From the NCBI GenBank assembly GCA_963803025.1, contig CAWDKZ010000013.1, positions 148,831 to 212,830 on the forward strand: a DNA stretch of 64,000 nt. Direction: 5' to 3'. Under the pieces are notes generated by a model. That model did not search any database and had not been told where the DNA came from. It saw only the letters and a list, made by a program, of their open reading frames with translations. A program made the position numbers and the translations under genes. Below are positions 1 to 9,500 of the stretch, piece after piece (within the stretch, counting starts at the first letter, position 1; every line of letters begins with the position of its first letter). The DNA comes from an uncultured Acidimicrobiaceae bacterium. Lineage in GTDB: Bacteria > Actinomycetota > Acidimicrobiia > Acidimicrobiales > Bog-793.

Positions 1-106
1 CGTTGAAGACCGAGACGAGCGTGTACCGGATGAACCGCCCACCGATTGGAGTGGCGTAGAGACGCCGAGCTCGCTCGATCCAGCCACGGCGATCACTTGC
101 TGACAT
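1..106 (-). CDS. GtrA-family membrane protein, N-terminal fragment (rest lies outside the window)
   Basis: Minus-strand ATG at 106..104, then MSASDRRGWIERARRLYATPIGGRFIRYTLVSVFN. The RFxRYxLVSxxN pattern is typical of GtrA N-termini. The ORF runs off the window edge. Confidence 0.4.
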   Translation of the reverse strand, partial: MSASDRRGWIERARRLYATPIGGRFIRYTLVSVFN

Positions 107-365
107 GAGATCTGTTCCTGTCTCGCGAAACCCGAGACTCGGTCGCCGCCGTCCGGGCGGGACGACTGCACCTCGACTCCGTTGGTGTGGCCGTATTCGT
201 CGGGTCCTCTGTGGCGACCGAGCGCACGAAGCAGACTTGCGCACTCCGTGTGCTTTGCTCTCTATGGCGTCTCTTTCCTTGGCGCCCAGGCTGGTGAGGA
301 GGCTACCCCTCATCCGTCCCGGTCGGCGGGCGTCTCGTCCGGTCAATCCGAGGCGGGAGTATCGG

Positions 366-501
366 CCAACGCAACGGGCGCAGGATCTCGAACCCTGCCC
401 GGATCCGAGTTGAAGGCGACCCGACAACGGACGCGCGGCGAGCGCGGACCGCGGCTCCACTGCGCGGCTGGACGAGCCGCGAGGCACCACCAACGCAACG
501 G
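366..501. repeat. 12-nt exact direct repeat CCAACGCAACGG (366-377 and 490-501)
   Basis: Read directly in the 420-bp intergenic region between the GtrA-like start and the catalase stop. The copies are 124 bp apart. Confidence 0.6.
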
Positions 502-525
502 TCCAGGACGCGTCCCTCCGCCGCG

Positions 526-1998
526 CTAGTGCAGGTTGAGGGCCTTGGCCACTCGTCCGCCGAGGTCGGTGTCGACGGAACGCCAGTAGTCGAGCACCCT
601 CGTGAGCATCTGCGGAGTCACGCCGTTGCTCGCGTGACCCGCGATGTTCCCGACGAGGTGCTGGCGGTCGTTCTCGGAGAGCACGTTGCGGTAGAGCGCT
701 CTTGCCTGTCCGAAGTCATCGTCTTCCTTATGGAGGTCGTAAGCCGCACGCACGATCTCACCGGCCGCCAACCAACCCGCGGGGTCGCCGAAGCGGGTCG
801 GGTCCGCCGCGGGTCCCCCGAAGGAGTTCGGTGCGTAGACGGGATCGCCGCGGCTCTCGTACCGCATCGCGCCGTCCTTGTTGTAGGAGTTGACCTGCGA
901 CTTGGGACGGTTCACCGGCAATTGGAGGTAGTTCGTCCCGATACGGTGGCGGTGGGTGTCGGGGTAGCTGAACATCCGCCCGAGCAGCATCTTGTCCGGG
1001 CTCGGCCCGATGCCGGGGACCATGTTCGAGGGCTCGAATGCCGCTTGTTCGATCTGGGTGAAGTAGTCCTCGGGGTTGCGGTTGAGGGTCAGCCGTCCGA
1101 TCTTGATCGGCGGGTAGTCGGAGTGCGGCCACACCTTCGTGAGGTCGAAGGGATTGAATCGGTAGTCGGCGGCGTCCTCGAAGCCCATGATCTGCATCTC
1201 GAGGGTCCAGCTCGGGTACTCGCCACGCCCGATCGCCGCGTGCAGGTCGCGCAAGTGGAAGTCTGGGTCCTCTGCCGCCAGTACCTTCGCCTCGGCGTCG
1301 GTGAGGTTCTCGATTCCCTGGTCCGTCTTGAAGTGGTACTTGACCCAGTACTTCTGCCCGCCGGCGCTGATCCACATGAAGGTGTGGCTCCCGTAGCCGT
1401 TCATGTGCCGCCAAGTCCGGGGGGTGCCCCGGTCGGTCATGAGGAACGTCACCTGGTGCGCGGACTCCGGCGAGAGCGTCCAGAAATCCCACTGCATGTT
1501 GTTGTCGCGTAGGTGCGTGTCGGCCCGTCGCTTCTGAGAGTGGATGAAGTCCGAGAACTTCGAGGGGTCGCGGATGAAGAAGATCGGGGTGTTGTTCCCG
1601 ACGAGGTCGTAGTTGCCCTCGTCGGTATAGAACTTGATCGCAAAACCACGCGGGTCTCGCACGGTGTCGGCCGAGCCGAGTTCACCGGCGACCGTGGAAA
1701 ACCGGATGAGCACGTCAGTCGTTGTCTTCTTCTGAAATACCTGTGCTCGCGTGTACTGGCTCACGTCCTCAAAGCACTCGAAGACGCCGAAGGCACCGCC
1801 GCCTTTGGCATGGACGACGCGTTCGGGGACGCGCTCCCGGTTGAACTGCGCCATCTTCTGAACGAGGTAGTGGTCCTGCAGCAGGATCGGCCCGTTGGGT
1901 CCCACGGTGAGCGAGTGTTCGTCACTCGGCGCGGGGATCCCGGCGTCGGTCGTGGTCGGAGGTCGAGTGCCATCCGACGTGTCTTCTCTCTGGGGCAT
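526..1998 (-). CDS. katA: Monofunctional heme catalase
   Basis: The translation has catalase hallmarks ([53 protein letters not shown]). The ATG at 1998 sits 8 nt after GAAAGAGG; the ORF track starts at a GTG at 2007. Confidence 0.95.
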   Translation of the reverse strand: MPQREDTSDGTRPPTTTDAGIPAPSDEHSLTVGPNGPILLQDHYLVQKMAQFNRERVPERVVHAKGGGAFGVFECFEDVSQYTRAQVFQKKTTTDVLIRFSTVAGELGSADTVRDPRGFAIKFYTDEGNYDLVGNNTPIFFIRDPSKFSDFIHSQKRRADTHLRDNNMQWDFWTLSPESAHQVTFLMTDRGTPRTWRHMNGYGSHTFMWISAGGQKYWVKYHFKTDQGIENLTDAEAKVLAAEDPDFHLRDLHAAIGRGEYPSWTLEMQIMGFEDAADYRFNPFDLTKVWPHSDYPPIKIGRLTLNRNPEDYFTQIEQAAFEPSNMVPGIGPSPDKMLLGRMFSYPDTHRHRIGTNYLQLPVNRPKSQVNSYNKDGAMRYESRGDPVYAPNSFGGPAADPTRFGDPAGWLAAGEIVRAAYDLHKEDDDFGQARALYRNVLSENDRQHLVGNIAGHASNGVTPQMLTRVLDYWRSVDTDLGGRVAKALNLH

Positions 1999-2003
1999 CG
2001 CGG

Positions 2004-2549
2004 TCACCTCTTTCGATCTTGATACGACGCACTTGCGGTTCGTTTTCCGGAGGGCTGATCCCGGGCAGGTGTACTTGCGGACTCGTCGTTGTGGTTCGCC
2101 TGTGAACGGGCCGTGTCCGATGTCTGGCAGCGCGGGCAGAGGCCCCAGAAGGTCACCTCGGCTTCATCGAGGAGGAAGCCGTGCAGTTCGGACGGTTCGA
2201 GACAGGGCGCCGTTCCGACGGCGCAGTCGACGTCGACGGTGGTGCCGCAGGCCCGGCAGACGATGTGATGGTGGTTGTCGCCGACGCGCTTCTCGTAGCG
2301 GGCGGGACTTCCCGCGGGCTCGACCCGGCGGAGAAGATTGACTGCGGTGAGCGAACGGAGCGTGTCATATACGGCCTGCCGCGAAACACTGCCCAGCTGG
2401 TTGTCGACCGCGTGGAAGATCGCCTCCACGTTTGCGTGGGGTCGGGCCCCGACTTGTTCGAGGACGGCGAGGCGCACGGCCGTGACGCGTCGGCCCGCGG
2501 AGCGCAGAAGTTGGACGTCGTCCCCCATCGTCGTCACGAACCAGGACAC
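2004..2549 (-). CDS. furA: Fur-family peroxide-type regulator directly upstream of the catalase
   Basis: Winged-helix region ([14 protein letters not shown]) plus [10 protein letters not shown]...CPRC metal sites. The stop lies 5 nt before the catalase ATG, the furA-kat arrangement known from mycobacteria. Confidence 0.8.
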   Translation of the reverse strand: MSWFVTTMGDDVQLLRSAGRRVTAVRLAVLEQVGARPHANVEAIFHAVDNQLGSVSRQAVYDTLRSLTAVNLLRRVEPAGSPARYEKRVGDNHHHIVCRACGTTVDVDCAVGTAPCLEPSELHGFLLDEAEVTFWGLCPRCQTSDTARSQANHNDESASTPARDQPSGKRTASASYQDRKR

Positions 2550-2606
2550 TAGAACATGATCTGGAATCAGTCAAGAAGTTGGACTGGCTCCAGTTAAGAG
2601 AATCGG

Positions 2607-3074
2607 TTGCCGCGGATCCGCCATGATCGCGACGTGACGAAGACAAGGCCACACGTGGTCGCCCTGGCGTTAATAGGTCGACCGGGAACGAAGGAGATCC
2701 TCGTCTCGAACAGCCGGGACGAGGTCGCGGGCATTCGGTTCCAACGACCGTTCGGCGGCGGTGTGGACTTCGGCGAGCGCGGCGAAGAGGCGCTGCGCCG
2801 CGAAATCCGCGAGGAGCTCGGCGTCGAACTCGGGGCGGTGCGTCTCGTCGGCGTCGTCGAGAACCTCTTCGTCTTCGAGGGAAGGCCGGGCCACGAGATC
2901 CTGATGCTCTACAGGACGGAGTTCGCCGACGCCTCGCTCTACGCGAGGGATGTCTTTGCAGGAGTGGAGCCCGAACCGAAGGTCGGGGTCTGGCGCGATC
3001 TCGGTGCTGTCGCAGATGACGTGCCGTTGTACCCGCCGGGGTTGGCAGATCACGTTCTTTCGGCAAACCGCTGA
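2607..3074 (+). CDS. NUDIX hydrolase
   Basis: Nudix box GGGVDFGERGEEALRREIREELGVEL. Confidence 0.8.
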   Translation: MPRIRHDRDVTKTRPHVVALALIGRPGTKEILVSNSRDEVAGIRFQRPFGGGVDFGERGEEALRREIREELGVELGAVRLVGVVENLFVFEGRPGHEILMLYRTEFADASLYARDVFAGVEPEPKVGVWRDLGAVADDVPLYPPGLADHVLSANR

Positions 3075-3108
3075 ATCAGCGCTCAGGAAGTGCCCGGGCG
3101 GGGCCGGG

Positions 3109-3624
3109 TCAGTCCGGAGACGGTCGCCGACTGCAGTCGCGGCAGCGTCCGCGCATGGCGAAATGGTGGGGGTCGATCGTGAACCCGTACTCCGCGAGGG
3201 CGGCCGTTGCGAGCGACGCGAAGAGCTGATCACCGACTTCGAGCACCGTCCCGCACCCTTCGCAGACAAGATGGCAGTGCGTCGTGGGGGCGAGGTGGTA
3301 GGTCGCCGGGCCGTGCCCGAGGTGCACGTGGGTGACAACGCCGAGGCGTTCGAGTTCCTCGAGGTTGCGGTAGACGGTCGAGATATGGACGTCGGGAGCC
3401 TCAACCTGAACCTCGGCGGTGAGATCCTCCGCGGTCCGGTGGTGGGGCGACCCGAACAGCGACCGCAAGATCAGCCGCCTGGCGGTCGTCGCCCTCCCGC
3501 CGGTCGCCCGCAGGCGCCGGAGCACGTCAGCAACGGACTCGTCGACCGTCGCGTCGTGGGTCTCGTCGTGCTGCGGTGGCGCCGATTCGGCTGGACACGC
3601 AACGGGGATTCGCCGGTCGGGCAC
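3109..3624 (-). CDS. Fur-family metalloregulator
   Basis: ISTVYRNLEELERLGVV wing helix, HCHLVCEGCG and CRDC cysteine pairs. Confidence 0.8.
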   Translation of the reverse strand: MPDRRIPVACPAESAPPQHDETHDATVDESVADVLRRLRATGGRATTARRLILRSLFGSPHHRTAEDLTAEVQVEAPDVHISTVYRNLEELERLGVVTHVHLGHGPATYHLAPTTHCHLVCEGCGTVLEVGDQLFASLATAALAEYGFTIDPHHFAMRGRCRDCSRRPSPD

Positions 3625-3641
3625 CTGGTGGTCGGTCCGGC

Positions 3642-4193
3642 TCAGTTCCGCCGGGTCGGTGACGTGACGACGCCACGGGTGCGGGTCGTCGAGCCTGCGA
3701 CCCGCACGGCCTGGAGTCCGGGGACCGTTCCGGGGGTGTGGGGCATCCAGGCCTCGGGGTCGGCCGTGATCAGCCGGACGGCGAGGGGAATATTCCGCGT
3801 CGCGATGTCCGCCACCGAGACCGACTCGAGGATCGTGCGGATGTGCTCGCGCACGGCGATCCAGACCTCGACGAGTGGCTCGGCCGAGCCCTTGTAGTCG
3901 AGCTGGTCGGGGCGGACGTCGCCCACTTGGGCGAGGGGCCCCTCGACGGCGCGCACGATGTCGGCCAGGCTGATCTCGGCTGCGGCTCGGCCGAGGCGGA
4001 AGCCGCCCTCGTTGCCGCGTTGGCTGGCGACGATGCCGGCCCGCTTCAGCTCGAACAGGATGTTCAGCAAGAACTTCCCAGGGATGTCCTGTGCGGCGGC
4101 GAGGGTCTCCGCCTTCACCGGCCAGGAGTCCTCGAGCGTGGCAAGTTCGACGACGGCCCGGATCGCGTAGTCGGCCTTGGAAGAGATTCGCAC
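3642..4193 (-). CDS. Rrf2-family transcriptional regulator
   Basis: (V)RISSKADYAIRAVVELA...IPGKFLLNILFELKRAGIVASQRGNEGGFRL. The likely GTG start is at 4193; the ORF track extends to 4226. Confidence 0.85.
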   Translation of the reverse strand: MRISSKADYAIRAVVELATLEDSWPVKAETLAAAQDIPGKFLLNILFELKRAGIVASQRGNEGGFRLGRAAAEISLADIVRAVEGPLAQVGDVRPDQLDYKGSAEPLVEVWIAVREHIRTILESVSVADIATRNIPLAVRLITADPEAWMPHTPGTVPGLQAVRVAGSTTRTRGVVTSPTRRN

Positions 4194-4233
4194 ATCCCTA
4201 TCTTGGCGCTTCCGGGACGGTGCCACACGCGGC

Positions 4234-4571
4234 TCATGGCACGCGGCGCGGTCGGCCCGTCTTCCTCACCTTGGTGGCGCCGTCGTAGGCGCAAATCTCG
4301 GTCCAGACGCCGCCCATCTCCGACGTGTCGGGGCGCATCGCCAGAACGGCGTTCGCGCCGCGCGCCCCGCCGCCTCGGCCAGGCGGTCGATGACCTCCTG
4401 TCGGCTCGCTTCGAGGTCCTTCGTCATCCCCTTCAACTCGCCGCCGACGAACGACTTCAGCCAGGTGCCCATCTGGGAGAACGCGTTGCGGAAACGCACC
4501 CTGAGGCCGAACACCTGACCGAGGACCTCGTAGCCGGGAGCGTCATTTGTCGTCTCAACCAGCCTGCCCAC
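4234..4571 (-). pseudogene. YbjQ/UPF0145-family protein with an apparent 1-nt frameshift
   Basis: The N-terminal frame reads ...GYEVLGQVFGLRV...GGELKGMTKDLEASRQEVIDRLAEAAGR. The family-typical C-terminus GANAVLAMRPDTSEMGGVWTEICAYDGATKV continues in another frame to a stop at 4234. The junction lies near 4351-4380. Confidence 0.65.
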
Positions 4572-4680
4572 ACCCTCCTCGATTCAAACATTGTCGATGC
4601 TCACCCCCGTTGGCGCCGAAATCGCGCGGTTGCATCAAAACCTCGTCGCGCCAGACACGCTGGGCGGCCCGACCCGTGGC

Positions 4681-5460
4681 CTAGTGGCGAATTGGCCTGA
4701 AGACGTAGGTGAGGAACGACCGTGGTGGCGAGATCGAGCCGATGGCCTTCGATCCGACCTCGACGGTGAGTGCCGTGGCATCGGCGCCAAGCATGAGCGA
4801 GGCCGGTCCGGCCAGCTTGATCACCACGGGGCTCTGGTTCGCCGTGATCGTCCTCGCGAAGAGGAACGTCGACGACGCGGGCGGGGACTTCACCTGCGTC
4901 CAGCAGGGATGGGTCGTCGAGATGGCGACGGAGAACCCTGTTGACGTCGGAACCGAGTAGGTCGCGCTCGACCTGGTGGTCGAAACGAGCACAAGCTGCC
5001 CGAGCCCTCGTGTCGGTTGGGTCGTCGAGGATCGCGGCGCTGAGCGGGTGCTCGACGACGTCGAGCCGCGGGAAGCACGCCGTGGTGTTGTGGCGGCCGT
5101 ATTGCGGAGGAACGCGACCCAGCTCGGATGGAAGTGCTCAGCCGCGAGCCCGATCAAGCCGAGGACGAAGAGAACGAAAAGAACCCAGACCGCGATCTCC
5201 AGACCCCACGGCGCGGGGAGGCGCCGTTCGATGTCGGGGTGCCAGCCGTCTCCGTGGGCGAACTGCGGACGTGGCGCCGGAGATACGCGTGGAATCTCCA
5301 CCGTCGTGATGACCGCCTCCGGGCGAGGAGCAGCCGGAGCCGTGGCTCGCCGGTTGGCCCGGATCGGCTTTCCGCTCTCCCCCGCGTCGTTTGCCCTGGT
5401 CACCTCGGCACCCGCTTCGTCCGGCACGCACCGGTTACAAAGACGGTACCGCGTGCCCAC
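4681..5460 (-). CDS. Hypothetical single-pass membrane protein
   Basis: One hydrophobic helix (GLEIAVWVLFVLFVLGLIGLAA), an S/T-rich linker and a beta-rich C-terminal domain. No motif recognised with confidence. Confidence 0.45.
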   Translation of the reverse strand: MGTRYRLCNRCVPDEAGAEVTRANDAGESGKPIRANRRATAPAAPRPEAVITTVEIPRVSPAPRPQFAHGDGWHPDIERRLPAPWGLEIAVWVLFVLFVLGLIGLAAEHFHPSWVAFLRNTAATTPRRASRGSTSSSTRSAPRSSTTQPTRGLGQLVLVSTTRSSATYSVPTSTGFSVAISTTHPCWTQVKSPPASSTFLFARTITANQSPVVIKLAGPASLMLGADATALTVEVGSKAIGSISPPRSFLTYVFRPIRH

Positions 5461-5475
5461 GCCTAGGAGCGCAGG

Positions 5476-6300
5476 TCAGGATGCCGCTCCAGCGGGAATC
5501 CACGCGGCACCGACGACGCCACCCCCGGTATGCACCTGCATCGCGATGCTGAATCCGCTGACGAAGTCGGCACCCCCAAGCAGTTCGTTGAGCCGCTCCG
5601 CCAGGTGCGGGGCGTTGGCGTGGAACACGGCTGAGCGTTCGGTCCCCCGGGGCGCGCTCGCCACATACGCCGCACGAATCTTCTCGAGCGTCTCTTCGGC
5701 TGTCGCCATGGTCCCGATCGGTTCGACCGTGCCGTCGCGCATGCGAAAGACACTCCGCATCCCGCTCGGACCGGGGTCCCCGAGTACGTCATTGGGGACT
5801 GGCCCACTCCGCCGGATCGGTTCCAGCGTCGCGAGCGAAGCGACGAGCTCGACGCGGCGGGAGGCTTCTTCGACGACGCGCACGACTTCTTCGATCCCGG
5901 CCCCGTTGGCCGCCGCTTCCGCGCCGGCGAGGACGACGAGCGCCTGGCCGGCCGCCGCGGTCCGGGCATCGACCAACACGACCGGTCGGGTCGCAAACTC
6001 CGCGGCGAGCGCGGCATTGCGGTACATCGTCGCGAACTCGACTGCCGGCGCGATGACGACCGCGGCGTCGAACTCCGGAGACTCGATGGCCTGCAGGTAC
6101 TCTGTGACGAAGGGATGATTGGCCCCGGCGAGCTCTTCTCGCGCGAGCGCTTCGGGCAGGATCACGCCCTGGCCGTTGGACGGATCAAGGCCGGCTGCGC
6201 CGTCCTCGGGTAGGAAGACACTGATGGGGAGCACGCAGACACCGAACTTGGCGACGAGCTCTGCGGGCACGCAGGCGCTTGAGTCAGTGATGACGCGCAC
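5476..6300 (-). CDS. DegV-family fatty-acid-binding protein
   Basis: GTG at 6300 gives VRVITDSSACVPAEL..., a typical DegV N-terminus. The rest of the 595-aa track ORF is antisense to the next gene. Confidence 0.85.
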   Translation of the reverse strand: MRVITDSSACVPAELVAKFGVCVLPISVFLPEDGAAGLDPSNGQGVILPEALAREELAGANHPFVTEYLQAIESPEFDAAVVIAPAVEFATMYRNAALAAEFATRPVVLVDARTAAAGQALVVLAGAEAAANGAGIEEVVRVVEEASRRVELVASLATLEPIRRSGPVPNDVLGDPGPSGMRSVFRMRDGTVEPIGTMATAEETLEKIRAAYVASAPRGTERSAVFHANAPHLAERLNELLGGADFVSGFSIAMQVHTGGGVVGAAWIPAGAAS

Positions 6301-6381
6301 ACGTCCCACGGCGGGGACGTTACCGCCCCGGACGCGGATCCGGAGAAACTTGCGACTGGACCACGGAAGGCCACGGCTGCG

Positions 6382-7212
6382 ATGACACTCGCCGCGAGGG
6401 TCTCGCGCCAGTTCACGATGTCCGAACTTGTCGAACGAACCGGGGTCGCCGCCGCGACCGTCCGCTACTACCTCGCTGCCAAAGTGCTGCCGCCCCCGCA
6501 GAAGGTCTCGTCCAACCGCTTCCTGTACGACGAGCGGCACGTCGAGCTGATCCGGCTCATCCGGCTCGTGCGCGAGAGACGTGGGTTGTCGATCGAGACG
6601 ATCGGGAGGCTGCTCACCGAGTTGCTGCCCGACCTGTTCGACAAACCGTCGCACGGGGTGTTCCGCCCGGAGATGTGGAATCAGCTGCTCGCCGCCGAGA
6701 CGCAGCTTGAAGAGGGCACCTCCGTCGACGAGCGCCTCGTCGAAGCCGGGCTCACACTGTTCAGCCGTCGCGGCTACGCCGATGTCTCGATCGACGACGT
6801 CTGCCGGAGCGCGCTGATCGCCAAGGGATCGTTCTACCGGCACTACTCGTCGAAGGGGGCGCTCTTCGTCGCGGTCGCGGAGGAAGCGGCGCGACGGACG
6901 GAGCGGGAGTTCGAGGCGTCGTCTTCGGGTGGGGGCGACGTCGCCTCGGCGATCGACGGTCTGGCCGGTGTCCTCGTGCCCTACGTCACGCTGCTCCTCG
7001 ATCTCGCCTCGCTGGCCACGCAGCGGCGCCTTGGCTATGGGCGCGTGCTCGGTCGGGTCACCGACGTGCTCGCTGCCGGCGTCGCCCGTCGGGCGACGGG
7101 TGACGCCGTCTCGCCGCGAGAAATCGTCGGTCGTGCCGTCGGCGAGGCAGTCCGCCGTGCGGCGGACGAACAGGCTGCGGCCGCGGTGCTGGTGGACGTG
7201 CAGCGCAGGTAG
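6382..7212 (+). CDS. Transcriptional regulator with tandem MerR-type and TetR-type HTH domains
   Basis: MerR HTH: MSELVERTGVAAATVRYYLAAKVLPPP...FLYDERHVELIRLIRLVRERRGLSIETIGRLL. TetR HTH: LVEAGLTLFSRRGYADVSIDDVCRSALIAKGSFYRHYSSKGALF. An alternative ATG lies at 6418. Confidence 0.75.
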   Translation: MTLAARVSRQFTMSELVERTGVAAATVRYYLAAKVLPPPQKVSSNRFLYDERHVELIRLIRLVRERRGLSIETIGRLLTELLPDLFDKPSHGVFRPEMWNQLLAAETQLEEGTSVDERLVEAGLTLFSRRGYADVSIDDVCRSALIAKGSFYRHYSSKGALFVAVAEEAARRTEREFEASSSGGGDVASAIDGLAGVLVPYVTLLLDLASLATQRRLGYGRVLGRVTDVLAAGVARRATGDAVSPREIVGRAVGEAVRRAADEQAAAAVLVDVQRR

Positions 7213-7323
7213 GGTGAGGAGCGGCGCAGCGCGCTGTGCAGCGCTTTTCGGGGTACCGGCCACGACATGAACCTCGTTGACGGCCCTGGTGTCATCTGAA
7301 AGGATGAGCTGCGAGCAATCGGT

Positions 7324-7339
7324 GTGACCAGCTGGTCAC
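7324..7339. promoter_or_regulatory. Perfect 16-bp palindrome GTGACCAGCTGGTCAC, candidate operator upstream of dxs
   Basis: Self-complementary on inspection. The half-site GCTGGTCAC recurs at 7410-7418. It lies about 120 nt upstream of the likely dxs start. Confidence 0.5.
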
Positions 7340-7457
7340 TGTGACTTCGTGTGAACGGGTCTCGTCGACAATCGGACGGCTCGGGGGTGCAGCGGGGCGG
7401 CACCCGGTTGCTGGTCACGGATGGCCGCGTTGGAAACGACGAGCGAAAGAAGACGTC

Positions 7458-9500
7458 GTGAGCAGAGAAGACAAGCCTTCGTACCCCCTCCTTGACACGA
7501 TTTCGTCCCCTGATGACCTGAAGGCGCTCTCCTTGGAAGAGTGCGAGATCCTCGCCGCCGAGATCCGGCAATTCATCGTCGAGGCGGTCACGACCGGTGG
7601 CACCGGACACCTCGGTTCGAATCTCGGAGCGGTGGAGATCACCCTCGCGATGCACCGGGTCTTCACGTCGCCGCGCGATGTCCTCCTTTTCGACACTGGC
7701 CATCAGAGCTACGTCCACAAACTCGTGACCGGTCGGCACACGGGTTTCGCGCTCCTGCGTCGTGAGGGAGGACTCTCGGGATACCCGAGCCGCGCCGAGT
7801 CCGAGCACGACTGGATCGAGAACTCGCATGCGTCGACGGCGCTCAGCTACGCCTTCGGGATCGCGCAGGCGTTCAAGATGAGCGGCGAGGACGCGACCCG
7901 GCGAGTCGTGGCCCTCGTCGGTGACGGCGCCCTGACCGGTGGACTGGCATACGAGGCGATGAACAACCTCGGCCACGCCGACTCGCGGGTCTGCATCATC
8001 CTCAACGACAACGGCCGCAGCTACGCCCCGACGGTGTCGCGGCTCTCGGAGTCGCTGACCCAGCTGCGGCTGAGCCCGAGTTTCAGCGCGATCCAGTCCC
8101 GCGTCACGCGCGTCCTGCAGGACTTGCCCGGAGTCGGCACACTCGCCGGTCAGTCGATCCGGAGCCTCACGGCGGCGATCCGTGAGCTCGTCGAACCCCA
8201 GGTCTTCTTCGAAGCGTTAGGCATTCGCTACGCGGGGCCGATCGACGGGCACAACATCGCGGCGGTCGAGCAGGCGCTGAAGCGTGCTGCGACCTGGAAA
8301 GGACCGATCGTTCTCCATGTCCTCACGACCAAGGGCAAGGGCTACGGACCCGCCGAAGAGGACACGGTGCAGTGCCTGCACGACTACAAGCTCCAGCCGC
8401 AGCTCGCCTCGCCCGGCATCGCCATCGATGACGGCGCGGTCACCTCGGGCCCGCGCAGCCCCGACAGGAACTACACGGAGGCGTTCGGCCAGGCGATGCT
8501 CGACATCGCCAGTCGGGACGAACGCGTCGTCGCGATCACCGCAGCGATGCCCGGACCGACGGGGTTGTTGAGCTTCGAGGCACACCACCCGGACCGTTTC
8601 CTCGATGTCGGGATAGCGGAGAGCCACGCGATGACGGCGGCGGCGGGTATGGCGATGGCGGGTTTCCGCCCGGTGGTCGCGATCTACTCGACGTTCCTGT
8701 CGCGTTGTTTTGACCAGGAGAATCTCGACGTCGGTCTCCACCGGGCACCGGTCGTGATTTGCGCGGACCGAGCGGGCATCACCGGGGACGACGGGGCGAG
8801 CCACCACGGTGTGCTCGACATGGTCCTCGGGCTCGCGGTCCCCGGCCTCGTGATCTTCGCTCCCGCCGAGCCGTCCGAAATCGCCCCGATGCTCGAGACG
8901 GCGCTCGGGCTTGATAAACCGTCGATCATCCGCTACCCGAAGACGCCGGGGCCGGGCGCGCTCGCCCGGGCTGGAACGGGGATGCGCTCGCGGGTGTTGC
9001 GCGAAGGCAGCGGCGACATCGTGCTCGTCGGGATCGGCAAGCTCGCAGCGACGTCGCTTGAGGCGGCGAAGCTGCTCGAGCAGGACGGGCTCGACGTGAC
9101 GGTGCTCGACCCCCGCGTCGTGCGACCGTTGGACCCCGCTCTCGTGGAGCGGTGTCGCAACGCTCGCCTCGTCGTCACCGCCGAGGACGGGCTCGTCCAC
9201 GGTGGGGCGGGACAGCACCTGCGAGGCGTCCTCGAACGCGCCGCCGAACTCGTGAGCGAGCGCCCCCCGAGCGTGTTGTGCCTCGGCGTGCCGACGGTCT
9301 ACGTGGGTCACGCCGACCCAGATGTCATCCTCCAGCGTCTCGAGCTGGACGCGTCCGGGATCGCGGCGTCGACCCGCACGGCGTCGGAACGGCTGATCAA
9401 ACAGGCGGGCAACGGGGCGGGCGCGTTCACCGTCGAGAAGCGTTTCGGGCGGCGACATCGCCGTCTGTCCGTAGGGGGCGAGGGGATGGTCGCGCGATGA
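7458..9500 (+). CDS. dxs: 1-deoxy-D-xylulose-5-phosphate synthase
   Basis: YPLLDTISSPDDLKALS, GHLGSNLGAVE, GDGALTGGLAYEAMNN, IAESHAMTAAAGMA. The GTG at 7458 gives the usual N-terminus; the track ORF starts at 7341. Confidence 0.95.
   Translation: MSREDKPSYPLLDTISSPDDLKALSLEECEILAAEIRQFIVEAVTTGGTGHLGSNLGAVEITLAMHRVFTSPRDVLLFDTGHQSYVHKLVTGRHTGFALLRREGGLSGYPSRAESEHDWIENSHASTALSYAFGIAQAFKMSGEDATRRVVALVGDGALTGGLAYEAMNNLGHADSRVCIILNDNGRSYAPTVSRLSESLTQLRLSPSFSAIQSRVTRVLQDLPGVGTLAGQSIRSLTAAIRELVEPQVFFEALGIRYAGPIDGHNIAAVEQALKRAATWKGPIVLHVLTTKGKGYGPAEEDTVQCLHDYKLQPQLASPGIAIDDGAVTSGPRSPDRNYTEAFGQAMLDIASRDERVVAITAAMPGPTGLLSFEAHHPDRFLDVGIAESHAMTAAAGMAMAGFRPVVAIYSTFLSRCFDQENLDVGLHRAPVVICADRAGITGDDGASHHGVLDMVLGLAVPGLVIFAPAEPSEIAPMLETALGLDKPSIIRYPKTPGPGALARAGTGMRSRVLREGSGDIVLVGIGKLAATSLEAAKLLEQDGLDVTVLDPRVVRPLDPALVERCRNARLVVTAEDGLVHGGAGQHLRGVLERAAELVSERPPSVLCLGVPTVYVGHADPDVILQRLELDASGIAASTRTASERLIKQAGNGAGAFTVEKRFGRRHRRLSVGGEGMVAR

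Noticed and set aside
380-400. T-arm-like GGGTTCGAGATCC as a tRNA or tmRNA gene
   Set aside because: No acceptor, D or anticodon arms can be paired around it, and the closing pair of a 7-nt T-loop would be G-T. It is kept only as a possible relic in a finding.
529-1512. 327-aa plus-strand ORF antisense to the catalase gene
   Set aside because: Arg/Val/Gly-rich translation with no motifs. It is fully contained in a gene with unmistakable catalase sequence, so it is a typical high-GC shadow ORF.
5476-7263. 595-aa minus-strand ORF taken at face value
   Set aside because: Only the last 274 aa (from GTG 6300) are DegV-like. The upstream part is antisense to the MerR-TetR gene and reads as low-complexity Arg/Asp/Gly sequence.
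8217-9458. 413-aa minus-strand ORF inside dxs, with similar long antisense ORFs at 10285-11631, 12331-13383, 16932-18542, 19442-20563, 20771-22144, 27833-28918, 37939-39174, 39369-40985, 42340-43335, 46125-47294, 50285-51625, 54153-55289 and 58018-59214
   Set aside because: All lie opposite genes with strong family motifs. All have Arg/Pro/Gly/Asp-dominated translations characteristic of non-coding frames in high-GC DNA.
9152-9496. N-terminal extension of the hpnC ORF in the track (starts at 9152)
   Set aside because: The extension overlaps the dxs 3' region in another frame and is Arg-rich nonsense. The family-typical N-terminus begins at the ATG that overlaps the dxs stop.
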